A DNA stretch of 64,000 bases from Amoeboaphelidium protococcarum X5 (Eukaryota > Fungi > Aphelidiomycota). The notes under the pieces were generated by a model, which made no database searches, had not been told where the DNA came from, and worked only from the letters and a program-made list of their open reading frames with translations. The stretch is from positions 469,147-533,146 of the forward strand of contig JALDTO010000155.1 of the NCBI GenBank assembly GCA_023515725.1, written 5' to 3'. Position numbers and translations under genes: made by a program. Below are positions 40,113 through 53,609 of the stretch, in pieces; position 1 is the first letter of the stretch; each line of letters begins with the position of its first letter.

Positions 40113-43100
40113 TCAAGCTTTTGGGATGCCAACGCAGTATAGAGAGGCAGCAAAAACGATGTCACGCTTGATAGCAGCAAGACCTTCATCAAGGACACGG
40201 TACAGTTCAGTGTTGCCAACAGTACGGGCAGCATCTCTCATCTCACGGCAGAGTTCATCTAATCTGGTGATTGCGCGAACTATACTTCCCTCCAAAATGT
40301 CAGTGAGTTGAATAATCTTTATAAATGGTGTACCACTGGCCCACTCATAAACCACCTCGGCCAGTCCGATATTCAAAACTTGTTTCATGTACTCATCAAC
40401 GGATACATGCAATTGATAATTTCTCTAAATCACAGCCACTTTCTGCACAATTAACTGTGTATCGTTCAGAGCATCATTCAATCGAGGAGTGAGTCGGGCC
40501 TTGATTTCATCTAGAGGCACCTGAGTCTTCTCCTAAAAGACGAATGCAGATAACAGCGCCACCACTTCTTTCCCATCCATGTCTGCAAACACATTATCCA
40601 TGAGCATCTCAGTCAAAACCAGCGAATCCCCTGCATTAATCTCACAGGCGACGCGGCCCTTCAACTTCACCACAGAGTTCTAATCAATGAACCCAAGTTC
40701 TTTCAGCACATTCAATCTCTGATGATACTCCGGCATCATAACCAGATTCTTGTCTGATAGTTGCAATCTTAACTGAGCCATCACATCTTTCAATTGTACA
40801 ACTTCATGGACAACTTTGTAATGTTCATCAAACTGTGGGCAGTGTATGCAGCTGAAATTCATAACGGAATCCAGTAGACTTCTTCTCAAAACACAATTCT
40901 GTTAAAAGTCAAAATCTTTAATCTTGCTTTCTATATCCAACTCGGATACCATAACCTTGTTCTAACTTCTTGCATCCATGATGTCTTACAGTACGTCATT
41001 AAGCTAGAATAACGCCTGCTTACTCTACTCAGTATCACCTTTCGATATAGCGGCAACATTACTACTAATGTTTATCTTCTTGCCGAATATGAATAGAATA
41101 TCAGAGTGCTTAACATCTAATCGTACAATACTTTGTTATTCTCCTGCAGATGGCATAGACAGGTCCAAGATTGAAACAATTCTCTGCTCTTTCTCCTTAC
41201 CAGAATGTTCGATCTATGCTTTATTACATAAAGCTATGCACTCAACAATCTTAAACTAAGATGTTGATGATTAAGCAGCCATGGAACTACTGACTCCAAT
41301 ACTATTTATACTATTACCGGATGAACCAGAATCGTTCTTGAATCCAACAACAGCAGCCAATAGATTGCCATAATGAACATGCTTCACAATGCAAAGTCTT
41401 CCCAAAGGCATCGCTTTAGACCACAAACCAGTAGAGGCAGCAAGTGCACTCATAATGTCAGACTAAAGACGCACAATTTGAGCATTGGCTTGGTAAAACT
41501 CTTCTAAATCATTCATACAAATCACACACCCGCTCTTCTCCTCAGATTTGCCACTTTCTTTAGCCAAATCTCCAACTACAGTCTATGTGGCAGTGATATC
41601 TACATTCTATGATCCAAAAACAACTGCTCCCTCCTTCTAAATGCGCTCTAACTCTTCTTCTTGTTCTTTCAACAACTGCTCTGTAATAGGTACATTCTTC
41701 TGAGAGTGAGCTTCATAAAATGACTTTTTCATCATATCCTCAATCTTAATCGCCTCAATTCGAAGTAGATTCAGAATCATATTGTAAGTCAATCTGAATT
41801 GAGACTCCAGCTTGGTCGGCTGGCCCAGAATTAAAGTCTGCAGCAGATTCGCCTCGGGAAAGTCATAATCTCCGCTATAGGCCAGTATCACCACTCCAAC
41901 ATCATCCAAACCACGACGTCCGGCTCTACCAGACATTTGAGTGTACTCACCAGGCAGAAGATCTCTATAACTCTAGCCATCATTCTTACTGGTGCCACTA
42001 AACACGACAGACTTTGCGGGAAAGTTGACTCCCATGGCAAAAGTCTCTGTGGCAAACAAAACCTTAATCAAGTTCCTCTAGAACAATATCTCCACAAGCT
42101 CCTTGACAATAGGCAGCAGGCCAGAATGATGTACAGCCACACCTCTGGAAAGCATCTCTTTCATTCTTAAAATCTGCGGTAAATCTCGGTCAATCTGATT
42201 CAACCTGGCAATGGACCTCTATATAAAGACATGTACTTCGTTCTGCTCATTCTAATTCAATAATTTCTTATTGTGCAGGGTGTCCACATACTCCTCGCAT
42301 CTCTTCTTACTGAACGTGAAAATGACAGTAGGCAAGAGGTTATTCTTCTCAAGCAAGCTGGTCAAGTGATGCCACAATTAACGATCAGCTTTCTAAGGTG
42401 CACTAAAGTTACCAGCACGTACAGCTGTAAACTTGCCAGCCTTCTTATCAGCTTCCTTCTTCTTTTTAAGTTTCTCCTCTTTAAGTGCAAACACCATCTC
42501 ATGCGCTTTCTTAAACTCTAACTGAGAGAAATTCTTCTACCCGTCCACTATGCGAAATAGGCGGTGCGGTGTAATAGCAGATATGAATAAATGATGCTCC
42601 AGAGGGATCGGACGCTGGTACGTACTTATCACGTAGATATCCTTATTCTTGGTCCTGCCGACCCAGTCTGCAAACTCAAAAGTATTAGGGACAGTGGCAC
42701 TAAGCAGAATGATGGTGATGTGCGGAGGAAGCATAATGATAACCTCTTCCCACACAACACCTCTCTCCAGATCATTGATGTAATGGACCTCGTCAAACAC
42801 CACAAATTCAACATCTCTAATCAGATCTGCACCTCTATACAACATGGATCGCAAAATCTCAGTTGTCATTATAACACACGGCGCATCCGGTCTAATCTGA
42901 ACATCGCCAGTCACCAGACCAACTTCTTCATCACCAAACACATTACGAAAATCTCTAAACTTCTAATTACTCAGAGCTTTGATAGGACTGGTGTAAATAG
43001 TGCGAGTCATATGCTTCTACGATAAAGCGATAGCATACTCTGCAATCACCGTCTTACCAGCGGAAGTATGTGCAGCCACGAATACACTCTCACCACGCTC

Positions 43101-44024
43101 CAGACTCATGACGGCGTACTTTTAGAAAGTATCCAGTTCAAATGTAAACTCTTTGGCCATAACGGGGACGTGATGCTTAAAGACATCATTAGTGATCTTG
43201 ACATTGGTATCAATTAAGTGTGCAAATGTTCTGTCAATAGCACCTTTTTTCTTCTTATTAGAGAACTTGGAACTGACAACCAGCTCAGCATCTTTCACTA
43301 AGTCATCCACTTGCTGATTATCACTACTGGTGGTGTCGGCGGGATTCTATAAACTGCTCTAATTCACATTGGGCGAGTCGTTTCCATTTAATTTCAACTT
43401 TTACGTGAAACGCTCAGCCAATTAAGCAGAAAATGGACCATCAAATTTAGATGTTCTCACATCCAAACTCTCTACACCCGCAACTTAGGTATCATCAAAA
43501 TTAGGGGGACTAGTACGCAGCTCCATCTGGGTAAAGTCCAACTACTCTGCAGCTTCTACCAATTAATCTTTTACAGAAGCATTATCAAAAGTCAGCGTCA
43601 AATACTATGGCAGATCCTTGTCATTAAGCGGCTGACCAGTCGTTGTGGATTTGACGCGTTCCACCGTGCGCCGCTTCAAGCTCTAATTGCTATTGAGTGA
43701 TTACAAACGTGAGGCATTAGTTATAAACACCTCCTTCAACTATTACCCTTCTTATTATTATTACTATTGCTTGGAGTCTTGAGATTAAACTTGGAATTAT
43801 TCTGAAAGTCTAACCTCTGTTGACCATGGAATATCATCAATGATGAACAAATCTTTCATTTCGCATGAGATGTCTGTTATATGAGATCTCTTGTCACTCT
43901 GAGCCCATTCAGGAATTTCTTGAGGTGGACGTAGTAATTTCAGACTCAAAGGTTCATCTTCAAATGGAGGCAATAGCGGAACTCTATTAACTTTTGTACC
44001 TATACCACTACTTGGCACAGTCAT
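40113..44024 (-). CDS. SKI2: Ski2 DExH RNA helicase
   Basis: [71 protein letters not shown]. Confidence 0.94.
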
Positions 44025-44321
44025 TTTCTGTTCTGCTTCACTTGCCTTATACGTGTCTAAAGTTCTAATTAAGCCGAGAAAGAGAAAGCACTGTGTTTGA
44101 GCTTCAACGAAGGAACTCTTGTTGAAAAAGACGCGCGTCGAGATGGAGATTTAACGCTTCCATTGGCGCAATAAAACAAGTTTAATGAAAGAATCTCATA
44201 TTCATGCGATTACGCTCATTCTATTGGGTATAAGAATCAATTAGCAATCATTAAATAATCTGACACTTTCATCTATAACTTTGTCAAGTTAAAAGCCCGT
44301 AATCACAAATCATTTAACCGT

Positions 44322-45851
44322 TCATTCAGTCTCTGATATTAACGTGTAGGATATGTCGCTATCCCTCGACACAATACCCTCCCGACTTTGCTTCGCCGCG
44401 TAACACTTTTAAATATAGAGAGAGAATCCTAAACTGACGAGTAAACTGGCAGAGTATAGACCAATGTTCACCAGCAGATAATCGCCATTAGTGACATTAA
44501 TGACAATCAGATTAAGTGCGTACGTCGAGAAGTTGAACACTCCGGATATCATTGTCATCAGGCCGTACACAATACCAAAATGTCTAAATCCGAAAGCACG
44601 TCCAACAAATTCATTGCTTACTGTGTAAACTAGAGGCCTCATGGTGACAAATGCAATAATGTTTATAATCTATCCAGCGGGATGACGCGTGAAAGACAGC
44701 GCAGCAGAAAGTAGATTAAGGGCAGTTATAGTCAGAAAGCTATAATGCAATTTCAAATGATCTAGCGTGTAAGTAGACACCGGAATTGCAATGACACCGC
44801 CCAGAGGTAGCAATAGACCAAACCACCAATGCAATTGTTGTAACTAATCTTCAGAGTCAATGTATCGCCCAAGTTGCTCTTTAGCAGATGAGATGTACAT
44901 GTTTAATCGAACCATGTAAATGCACATGAACGCGACAAGCCACAAAAAGGTGGTGGATTTCAACTAAGATAATGCAGATTTGGCATACAGTCCTAGGCCT
45001 AATTCATCATCAATCTTGTTTGCACTGCGTTGCTCAACTTTTACATTATCATCATCGTCTTTTAGTAAAGGCTGTGTGTCTAAATCTTAATCGCCAGTAG
45101 AAGGCACATCAATTTACTCTTCATCATCATCTGAGATTTACAAAGTAGAATCCAAGACTCTTTTAGGCATTATAACGAGTGACCAGAGAAGAGCTAATGC
45201 AGGAACTACAGAGTAAATACCGAATATCCATTATATCTTTTTAATACAAGACGAGACACTTTGCATCAACTGAGATCGATATACTAAATCAAATAACCAA
45301 AATACAATGGCTGACGCGTCAAAAGATCCAGTAATCAAAGACATACATAGACCAGAGTGCCGGGGAAACACTTTAGATACGTGCAGAGTACTTACAAATA
45401 TAAAAGGACCACCAACAGCTAGGAGCGAGTACCCAGGAAAATATAAATCTAATCGTGACCCGGTCCCCTCCTCTTCTCCAACAGCAACAGGATGACTAAG
45501 AGCCATAAACACAGTGCCTAAAGCAAATATCAATGAACCAATCGCCGCAGTAACTCTAGGACCAAATCTATCCAGTGTGAGACCAATTACGATAGCCATA
45601 ATATTTGTCACACACGCGGCGACAGTGTAAATTAAATCAAGCCGTGATTTCTATTCGGTACAAACCAGATTTTCGCCATTTTCGGCATCTAATTAATCAT
45701 CATCATTATGATTACTGTTGCAGAGATAGCTGTACACTCCTGCATCGATAGCCATGTCTTTAAAAGATTGATATCCAAAAACTACACCAGCGCACAGAAA
45801 GGCAAATAATATCGACGTTGATAGCAATATCAAGCGCGTAACAGTCTTCAT
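44322..45851 (-). CDS. MFS transporter, FMP42/SLC43-like
   Basis: GVVFGYQSFK, LDRFGPR, GSFDASA, FGFRHFGIVYG; about 12 TM segments. Confidence 0.8.
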
Positions 45852-46151
45852 GCTTATTCTTTATAATATCCCAGGATTCCAAATATTAAATGGGATATAT
45901 AAAAAATAAAATTTTTCTACGTGAAAGAAACTAAATGAAAAAAATTTTCCAATTGACCACGCCGAACTCTTGAAAGAAAGCGAGATTGAGAAAACGTGTA
46001 ATGACAAACAGAGAGAGGCCCTTTCAAGAGAAATCGAGTGCGCTCAGATCGAAAGCTTTCTCTCTCGCTATCTCGTGTGGTTTCGTTTCGTGTCGTTTAG
46101 TTGTAACAACCGACGGAAGAGAACGTTTCATACAGCATTAGAACGCGTAAA

Positions 46152-47145
46152 ATGACCTCAGATTTAGACAGGTAAGTAAATGACGTATACTTTATCGTAT
46201 ACAATCATCCTCTGATTTTTTATGTACTTTAATAATATGTGTAGGTAGATTGAGTAGTTGAAAGAATGCAAGACACTCACGGAGCAGGAGGTGAAGTTGA
46301 TATGTGACAAGGTTATTGAGATCTTGGTGGAAGAGTCCAACATTGTACCGGTGGATGTTCCTGTATGCATTGTGGGTGACATTCATGGTCAGTTTTATGA
46401 TGTCTTGCAGATGTTCAATATTGTTGGCCACGTCCCCGATACTTCATTCATTTTCATTGGTGACTTTGTGGACCGAGGATTCTTCAGTGTGGAGACCATA
46501 CTGCTTCTTCTAGCATTCAAGGTGAGGTATCCAGACAGAATTGTGCTCATCTGTGGCAATCATGAGAGTAGGTAAATCACCCAAGTCTATGGATTCTATG
46601 ATGAGTGTATGCGAAAGTATAATTCTGCAAATGTTTGGAAGTGGTGTTGTAACGTGTTTGACTACCTAAGCCTAGGTGCAACGATTAACGATGTCATCTT
46701 CTGTGTACATGGTGGGCTCTCCCCAGTGTTGAATACATTGGATCAGATTCGGATTATAGATCGGCGGTAAGAGGTGCCTCATGAAGGTGGAATGTGTGAT
46801 CTTTTGTGGTCAGATCCTGATGAAGGTGTCACTGGATGGGGTCTGAGTCCGAGAGGAGCTGGCTACCTGTTTGGCGAAGAGTGTGTAAAGGAATTTAATC
46901 GTGTTAATGGTATAGAGTTGATAGCAAGAGCGCATTAGCTCGTCATGGAGGGCTACAAGTTCATGTTTGATGATTCCCTTGTCACTGTGTGGTCTGCTCC
47001 CAACTACTGTTATCGTTGCGGTAATGTGGCGTCTGTCATGTAATTGGATTCTGAATTGAATCGGCAATTTATAGTGTATGAAGCTGCACCACAAGAGAGT
47101 CGCGGCGTACCTGCAAAGAAACCAATTTTAGACTACTTTTTATGA
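46152..47145 (+). CDS. PPH3: Ser/Thr protein phosphatase 4 catalytic subunit-like (intron 46172-46244)
   Basis: [38 protein letters not shown]-terminus [14 protein letters not shown]. Confidence 0.9.
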
Positions 47146-47285
47146 CTTTGTTATACTGAAAAGTCAGCGGCTATGCGATAATAAACCAGTTGTGGCTTTG
47201 GTAGAAGTGATGCAAAGAACATATTGAATATTTAACAGATATATTACTAAAAAGCATATATTCATTTTTAAACAGTACATTTAAG

Positions 47286-47448
47286 CAGTGGCGTATCTAG
47301 CGCTACGCAAGGGTACGCGCAGCGTACCCAAAATTTTGAGATTAGACACTTTTACTAGCAAATTTTCTACCTGTTTCTAAATTATTGTTCGGATAAACTT
47401 TTTTAACGTGGTGTGCGTACCTGGAATTGAAAGCTAGTTACGCCACTG
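47286..47448. mobile_element. 163-bp non-autonomous hAT-type MITE
   Basis: TIRs CAGTGGCGTATCTAGC / GCTAGTTACGCCACTG (15/16 match), flanked by an exact 8-bp direct repeat CATTTAAG (47278-47285 and 47449-47456). Confidence 0.92.
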
Positions 47449-47458
47449 CATTTAAGTC

Positions 47459-48259
47459 TCAGTTACGCCGCCTCTTCTTTCTAACGTTGCCAGCCACTGG
47501 GGAAGATGAGCGCTGATTACTTGAGCTGCTGGCCGGCTTTACATCTGACGGTACTTCATCAGCGGCTTGACTCTTTCGACTCTTTGTAGACGGCTGTTAT
47601 TATTATTATTACGACTAAGCCTAAGCTTTAGACTTTTAAACACTAGTTTACGGCAACTACTATTACTGTTACTTTGACTATCTAGCTCTGGTGGTCCTTG
47701 AACTTCTAGTCACCTTTGCCTCCTTCACCTGGCGATCGTCACCAGGAGTCTACTGTTATTACACAGGGGATGCAGGCACTGAATCGGTGCCGGTAGTTGA
47801 CGCAGAGTCTCTTCGCTTAGATGCAGTTCGCCTCTTCTCTTCAACCACAGCCTAAGAGGTGGTAGAGTTGGTAGCATTTGCACTAGATTTTCGACTAGAT
47901 TTCTTGGTTGACTTTTAACCGCGTTCTGGTGGAGCTTTGTCAACGTTCTACTCTTCATCATCGTCTTTCACAAACTGGTCATACTCCTCGATGGGATACA
48001 GCGCAAACTCCGATCGCTCTTCCACACCATAATCTTGGTACTGATTTTACTCTTTATGGTACTCATCAAGTTTGTTCACATCATAATACTTTGCAATCTT
48101 GGCTTCCAAATCTTTGAGGCTATGATTTACACCTTTTTGCTTGTTCCATTGGTGTAGCAGACTGGCCATTTTGAAGTGTCGATCCATTCCAATAGGTGGC
48201 ATTTTTGCTGCCAATGTAAAGAAATCTATATCTAATTCTAAAGTCCACTCGGTCATCAT
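47459..48259 (-). CDS. EAF7: NuA4 subunit Eaf7/MRGBP-like
   Basis: WTLELDIDFF...PPIGMDRHFKM...KYYDVNKLDE, then an acidic/basic low-complexity tail ending RKKRRRN. Confidence 0.7.
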
Positions 48260-48490
48260 TAAGATTGAAATACTTAAATGATATTCGTCAGACAAAAAAT
48301 GAAAGTATAACAACTATTTGCTAAATGCGCTTAATAGAACTTGTACAACAAAGAATGAGAACAGTCAGCTCGAAAGTCACCTTTGTAGAAACGACGGTAA
48401 TAAGAATTTAATCGATATACTACTAAGTGTATTCTAGTAAGAAGAAAAATATTGTTATACAACATACTCATTCACTCTACAAAACTGATA

Positions 48491-49351
48491 TCAGTCACGC
48501 GTCCTACTTGGTTCCCAGCGAGAAATGCTTCGCGCAGTAACCTTCGATGTATCCATCAACTTTTAAAGATCTTCAATTGAATTCACACTGACATTCTATA
48601 AAACTCCTTCTTCTGCATCAACTCTGGCGACTATAAATCGCTTTTACACTCCATTAAGGACTCTCAATTCTCCTAACAGATCTGCCATTTTCAAAAGACC
48701 ATCATCTACAACAACGCCGGCAAACGAATGATTGAAAGTGGGGCCTTCTTTATACAGCATAAAGTCACATCCAAATTACGCGCCATGCCTTACAACAAAG
48801 CCTAACTGTCTATAATGATGATACACCGTCAGTTTTCTTACAATTGAAGCATTGACCCGCTCAAGACACGTTGAAATAACATTGCTGTTAAATAACTTAA
48901 ACTCTAAATGCAAATACAAGATTTCTATTATACTCAAGGTGAGATGCTCCGTAGTATTGGCATCAGGATACTATGCAAGACCAAGAAGATACTCTGGCTA
49001 GGAACGTGACAGAGATCCTTTACCATAACATCCACCATACCATAACTTGAAAGCAGATTCCGGATTGTAAACAATGAAGAACTATGATACTTTTGAAGCA
49101 AACACAGGAGACACTTCAATCTAATCCTTGCAATTAATCAGCAATCCTCTATCATAGAGATTCGCGTCTTGTGGCCTCTTCATATCTTATCAGCATTTAA
49201 CCTAATCTATTCAGTACAAAAGAATATCAAGCTGGGAGCCGTTAGATTCAATAGCTTTTAAGATTTTTTGATTCTGTGTAAATACACTTGGCACCAAGTG
49301 ATCTCTCGCGTATGTTTAAAAGGTTCACCTCGGCCTTTACTTCTTCGACAT
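48491..49351 (-). CDS. SEN2: tRNA-splicing endonuclease catalytic subunit Sen2 (2 predicted introns near the 5' end)
   Basis: GCYGKGSLSRSQP, EHLTLS..E..YL, VYHHYRQLGFVVRHGAQFGCDFMLYKEGPTFNHS, C-terminus RWEPSRTRD. Confidence 0.82.
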
Positions 49352-49419
49352 TTCGACTGATTTTCGAATTTTAGTCAACATATCACAAAACACTAATATT
49401 TGACATTAGAAATTTCGAT

Positions 49420-50112
49420 ATGAATATATTTACGCGTTGCGGTCAATAATAACAGGTGAGTCTGATCAGTCAGATTAGATGGGCCACCAAAAAGACAGGA
49501 TCATCAAAGGCTAGATAGAAGAGATCTCCTGAGGGGAAACGTCTCGGATTGAAGGTGTATGATGGAGAGCCGGTGAAGAATGGTGGTATTATCGTCAGGC
49601 AGCATGGAACCAAGAATCATCCTGGAATCAACGTTGGAATGGGCAGGGATTTTAGTATATATGCGCTCATGGATGGCTATGTATAGATAACGCGTGATCC
49701 TCTCAAGGCGAATAAGAAATACATCAATGTCGTTAAGGAGAAGCCGGAACATAGTACGATGTAGCACAACGAGCGCGTCCTCCACACACTGGAGTACAAG
49801 TCGCCTATTTCTGAGGGATACAATGACTCTATAGTATAATCACGATGTACTATTACGGGGAAGCGAACATTGAAAGTGACTAATTTGAATCTAGTCAATG
49901 ACGGAAAGCCCGCAGAGAGTTGGGAATTATCAGCGTATGAGTTTGATCCAATGGCTGCATTGATCAAGGCTAGCGGTCTTTCTAAAGATCAATTGATATC
50001 AAAGATTGGGAATTAAGAGAGTTTTAACTTTGCTGATCGCTTTGAAAAAGCTAGATGTGCTTTGGGTGATTCGAACATAAAGTCCCCAGCCGCTGACACG
50101 AAATAAGATTGA
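49420..50112 (+). CDS. MRP7: Mitochondrial ribosomal protein bL27m
   Basis: Transit-like N-terminus, then [10 protein letters not shown]...GKRLGLK...[28 protein letters not shown]. Confidence 0.88.
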
Positions 50113-50338
50113 TTACTTAATATGATATGAGAGTTATATTATATTTCGTTATAGGAAGTACTGTAGATGACGTGTTTCTTATTTCCCCGTTGCCTGTTTC
50201 AAAACAATCGTCACGCGCGTTCAAAACTTTAAACACCCAGCTCTCTCAGTCACTATCCTTTCTTCATTCTGATATTGATATCTATCTACATTCTCATTTA
50301 TATCGACTCACTTATAATCGAAAAACTTTGCCTTTAAT

Positions 50339-51403
50339 ATGAAGACTCTTCTACTCGGACTGTTGTGCTTGATTACTCTTCTGGCCTTGGTTGTTGCATC
50401 TCCGCTCGTGAAAAGATAAGAGTATTCCTCAGACAATGTTGTTGATATGGAAACTATTGCTGATACCGCTCCTGAGCTATCAACTTCCGAATCATTGTAA
50501 AATGTCAACTCAGAGATTTCTGCTGCTATTGATAAACTTGAAGATGTTACTAATGACGACTTTGTGAATGAAACCATCCAGTCTGATGTTGATGAGCAGT
50601 TCAAAGATATTGCAGTTGAGAACGAAGATCGCGCCGCTGAAACGGGTGAAACTGTCAAACTTGTTGATAACGCTGAAACAGCAACGGTCAATCTGAACTC
50701 GACTGCAACTGAATACGCCGCCGTGGCTGAAGACTACACTGAAGAAGCTCTCAAGAAACAACCTGACAATGCAGAAATTGAAATATCTGCTGATGGAGTA
50801 TAATTGGACAGTGATAGTGAAACTGACTAGTAGTATCAAACAATTCCTTCCGATATTATTGACGAAGAAACTAGCACAGCTCTCCTGGCTTCTGGTTTCA
50901 CGCTACCACCTCTTGTCACTCCCACTGTATAGCCTGATTAAGCCTTGACTTATGACGCGTAGAGATAAGTCGTTCCTACTGACGCGGTTAGTCAACTATA
51001 TGAAGAAGCTTAGTACCAGGATGATGAAAATGAACCTGAAGAGCCTGAAGACATGATTAATGATAATCCTGATATTATTACTAGAAGGGCATCAATTCAA
51101 GAGAACTAGGTATAGTAGCAAGCTTAAGGCTTTCAAAGCACTAACACGTAGTCAGCCGGTGTTGAACTAAAGAAAGACGCCAATGAAAAGGGTGGCTCTA
51201 TATACTCCATCATCTCTGCGGTAATACTGGCATGCGCAGTTGTAGCTGCATTGGTGCTCTATCTGTAGAGGGGACAATTTAAATAAGCTGCGGCACCAGA
51301 GGCTGACAGTTTAGAGGCGCCACTGACAAGAGAAGGTTTCCAGATGGCAACATTCAGTAACAAGTAGCCATACAGTAGAGTATTAGCGGCTGAAGACGAT
51401 TGA
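50339..51403 (+). CDS. Acidic type I membrane / surface protein
   Basis: Signal peptide followed by SPLVKR|Q (Kex2-like), D/E/T-rich ectodomain, TM IISAVILACAVVAALVLYL, cytosolic YSRV...EDD. Confidence 0.75.
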
Positions 51404-51567
51404 TCAAGGTATAGTGTGTTGCAATACCCATTTTTTGAAAAGTGACTTTCAATTCTCAATCATAATCTATTAATGCATATCAAATCACACTTGTAATTCA
51501 CTCTTATACGAAATATATCACATTCTATTAAGACAAACTGGAATTGTCAACTATAATCATAGCAGGA

Positions 51568-52218
51568 TCAAAGTGACTCTTCCCAATTACGACATGTCCA
51601 AAGTAATAGCGAAGATACAAATATTAGAATATTCTACACTAGAATACTAACACCAAGAGAACCCCCATTATACTTCACCACCATCACCGTTATAGAGCCG
51701 CCAAGACTACCAGCGATCAGGACAACACCAAAGAAGAAACAAAGCTTAGCAAGCCATCCCCGCTCCACAACTCCTTCTGAGAGCATGGCTTTGTTAACTT
51801 GACTCATCAGAAAGAGTCCCAGCGTGTTGGCAAATCCACAAATGTAATCCTCAACACCCAGATTAGGGATCGATGGTCCAATCGATATCATTCCGTCAAT
51901 CCAAACCCACCAGCCGGTTGAGAACATTATGCCGCAAACGTATACGATAACAAGATGCCAAGTTAGCCACTCAAAATCAATGGTCCTCATTGTATCAATA
52001 ACGCCATCATATATTTATGTGAGACAACCAACGCAACTATCTAATCTATCCTGCAGACTATATCTAAACTACTACTACTAATGACCATCATGGCCACCTG
52101 ATTAGAAATCGTTACCGCTATTATCATCATAGTAAATAGACATTTAATGATTATTGTCTTGCGGAGATGAAGTTGTCACCGGGGCATAGGCATAATTTTT
52201 ACCACCACTGCCAAACAT
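51568..52218 (-). CDS. VPS68: Vps68/TMEM50 (UPF0220) family
   Basis: GIMFSTGWWVWIDG, EDYICG, AKLCFFFGVVL, LVQNILIFVSSLLLW. Confidence 0.75.
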
Positions 52219-52374
52219 ACTCTTGTATTTTCAATGATATTCTCTTTTCGGCGCGTTCTTTCAGTTGACAGAAGGAAACTTATTTTATTTTTATTGTTGC
52301 AATATTATTGATCAATCTACGTCCTATTATTTTTTATTTCAGCAAGGTGACAATACATTTGTAGGAGGAATATA

Positions 52375-52689
52375 ATGCTCTGTATTACAAAATATATTCC
52401 GGTGCTATTTCTGCCAATGATTAGTGTGGAGTATCCGTCTATAGTGATTGCGCTGTTCTATGCATTTTACGCGACTCGGCATCCTCCATGCCTGTACTGT
52501 ACTTCGCTGCTGTTGTGCTTGGCTGGTTCGCTGTTCTCCGTCTTTGAATTCTAATCTTCTCGGTGGTCATCGTAGTCGAATTAACTCCATCAAGAATCAT
52601 CGTTTGCTCAGTACGTGCTGCAGTTTTTTACATCTGATTTCCTGACCCTAAATCGACACAATCGCTAGCCAGTTTAAATTTAATTTTGA
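52375..52689 (+). CDS. BLCAP: BC10/BLCAP family small membrane protein (104 aa)
   Basis: MLCITKYIPVLFLP...FYATRHPPCLYCTSLLL matches the family pattern MxC...PvLxxP...PCxxC. Absent from the ORF track because an in-frame TAA truncates it. Confidence 0.7.
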
Positions 52690-52947
52690 CATATGCGTGG
52701 CGTCTAGATGTCAATTTTGTATTAATAAATGCATGAATATAGAAATTTTAATTGTTGAATATGTTTAAATTTCGGATTGCTTTATGGGCATCTAAATCCG
52801 CTATAAAGAGGTCAACTTATTGTTTCATTTGACAGTCGTCTCTTCTTACCAGTTTTAAGTATTTAGGCTAACTTATCATAGTTTTAACGTTTACAAAGTT
52901 CTCACCTTAAGAACAGCAATATATAGAAAATATAGCAGAAATTTAAA

Positions 52948-53499
52948 ATGGAGTATTCGGGAACTATAACTCCGTGGGATTCAGTGAGTGTTGTGTAAAA
53001 TAAGACACTTCAGCATATGAGTAGAAATGATTAAAGTTATCAACCGAACAGGTACAGAGAGTAAGCGCTCACAGGCGGTCGTAACTAGAGTGATGCGATA
53101 ATGGATGAATAGTATGAGAAGGAAGAGCAGAGTCTCGATTGGGTGCTCAATACTGTGGAATAAGCTCTGGTTGATGAAGATCTTGGCTGTTAAAATGTCG
53201 TTCATAATGATGATAATGTTGTGGATGATATAGTCGCCCTGGTACAAGACGCCCTAGTAGAAGATGAAGATTAATACATCCATCCACCTCGTAATTAAAT
53301 GTCAACGTGGCTTCCACGCGTTACGTTGCCTTCCGCGACTGATCGTTCGATGAATTCTTCTGCAATTGCTGCATAATTAACACCTTCCGAGTAGTCTTCG
53401 ATTCTACCAAGGATCCAGTAACCTCATCATCTTACTGAACAATCTACATATGATCACGAATCCACATTTATGAACATTGCACGTAAATACAACATTTGA
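52948..53499 (+). CDS. Hypothetical protein (183 aa)
   Basis: Open ATG-to-TGA frame with TAR=Gln. N-terminal ITPWDSVSVV and an internal repeat (VEQALVDED / VQDALVEDED). Confidence 0.55.
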
Positions 53500-53609
53500 T
53501 TATCACCTTTGTACTTTTACATTATTGTCTGTTATTTTCAGCTCTTCTTATTCACTGTTATGATTGTCTTCTTTCTCCTTATACTTGGCACTTGATCAAA
53601 CCAACAAAT

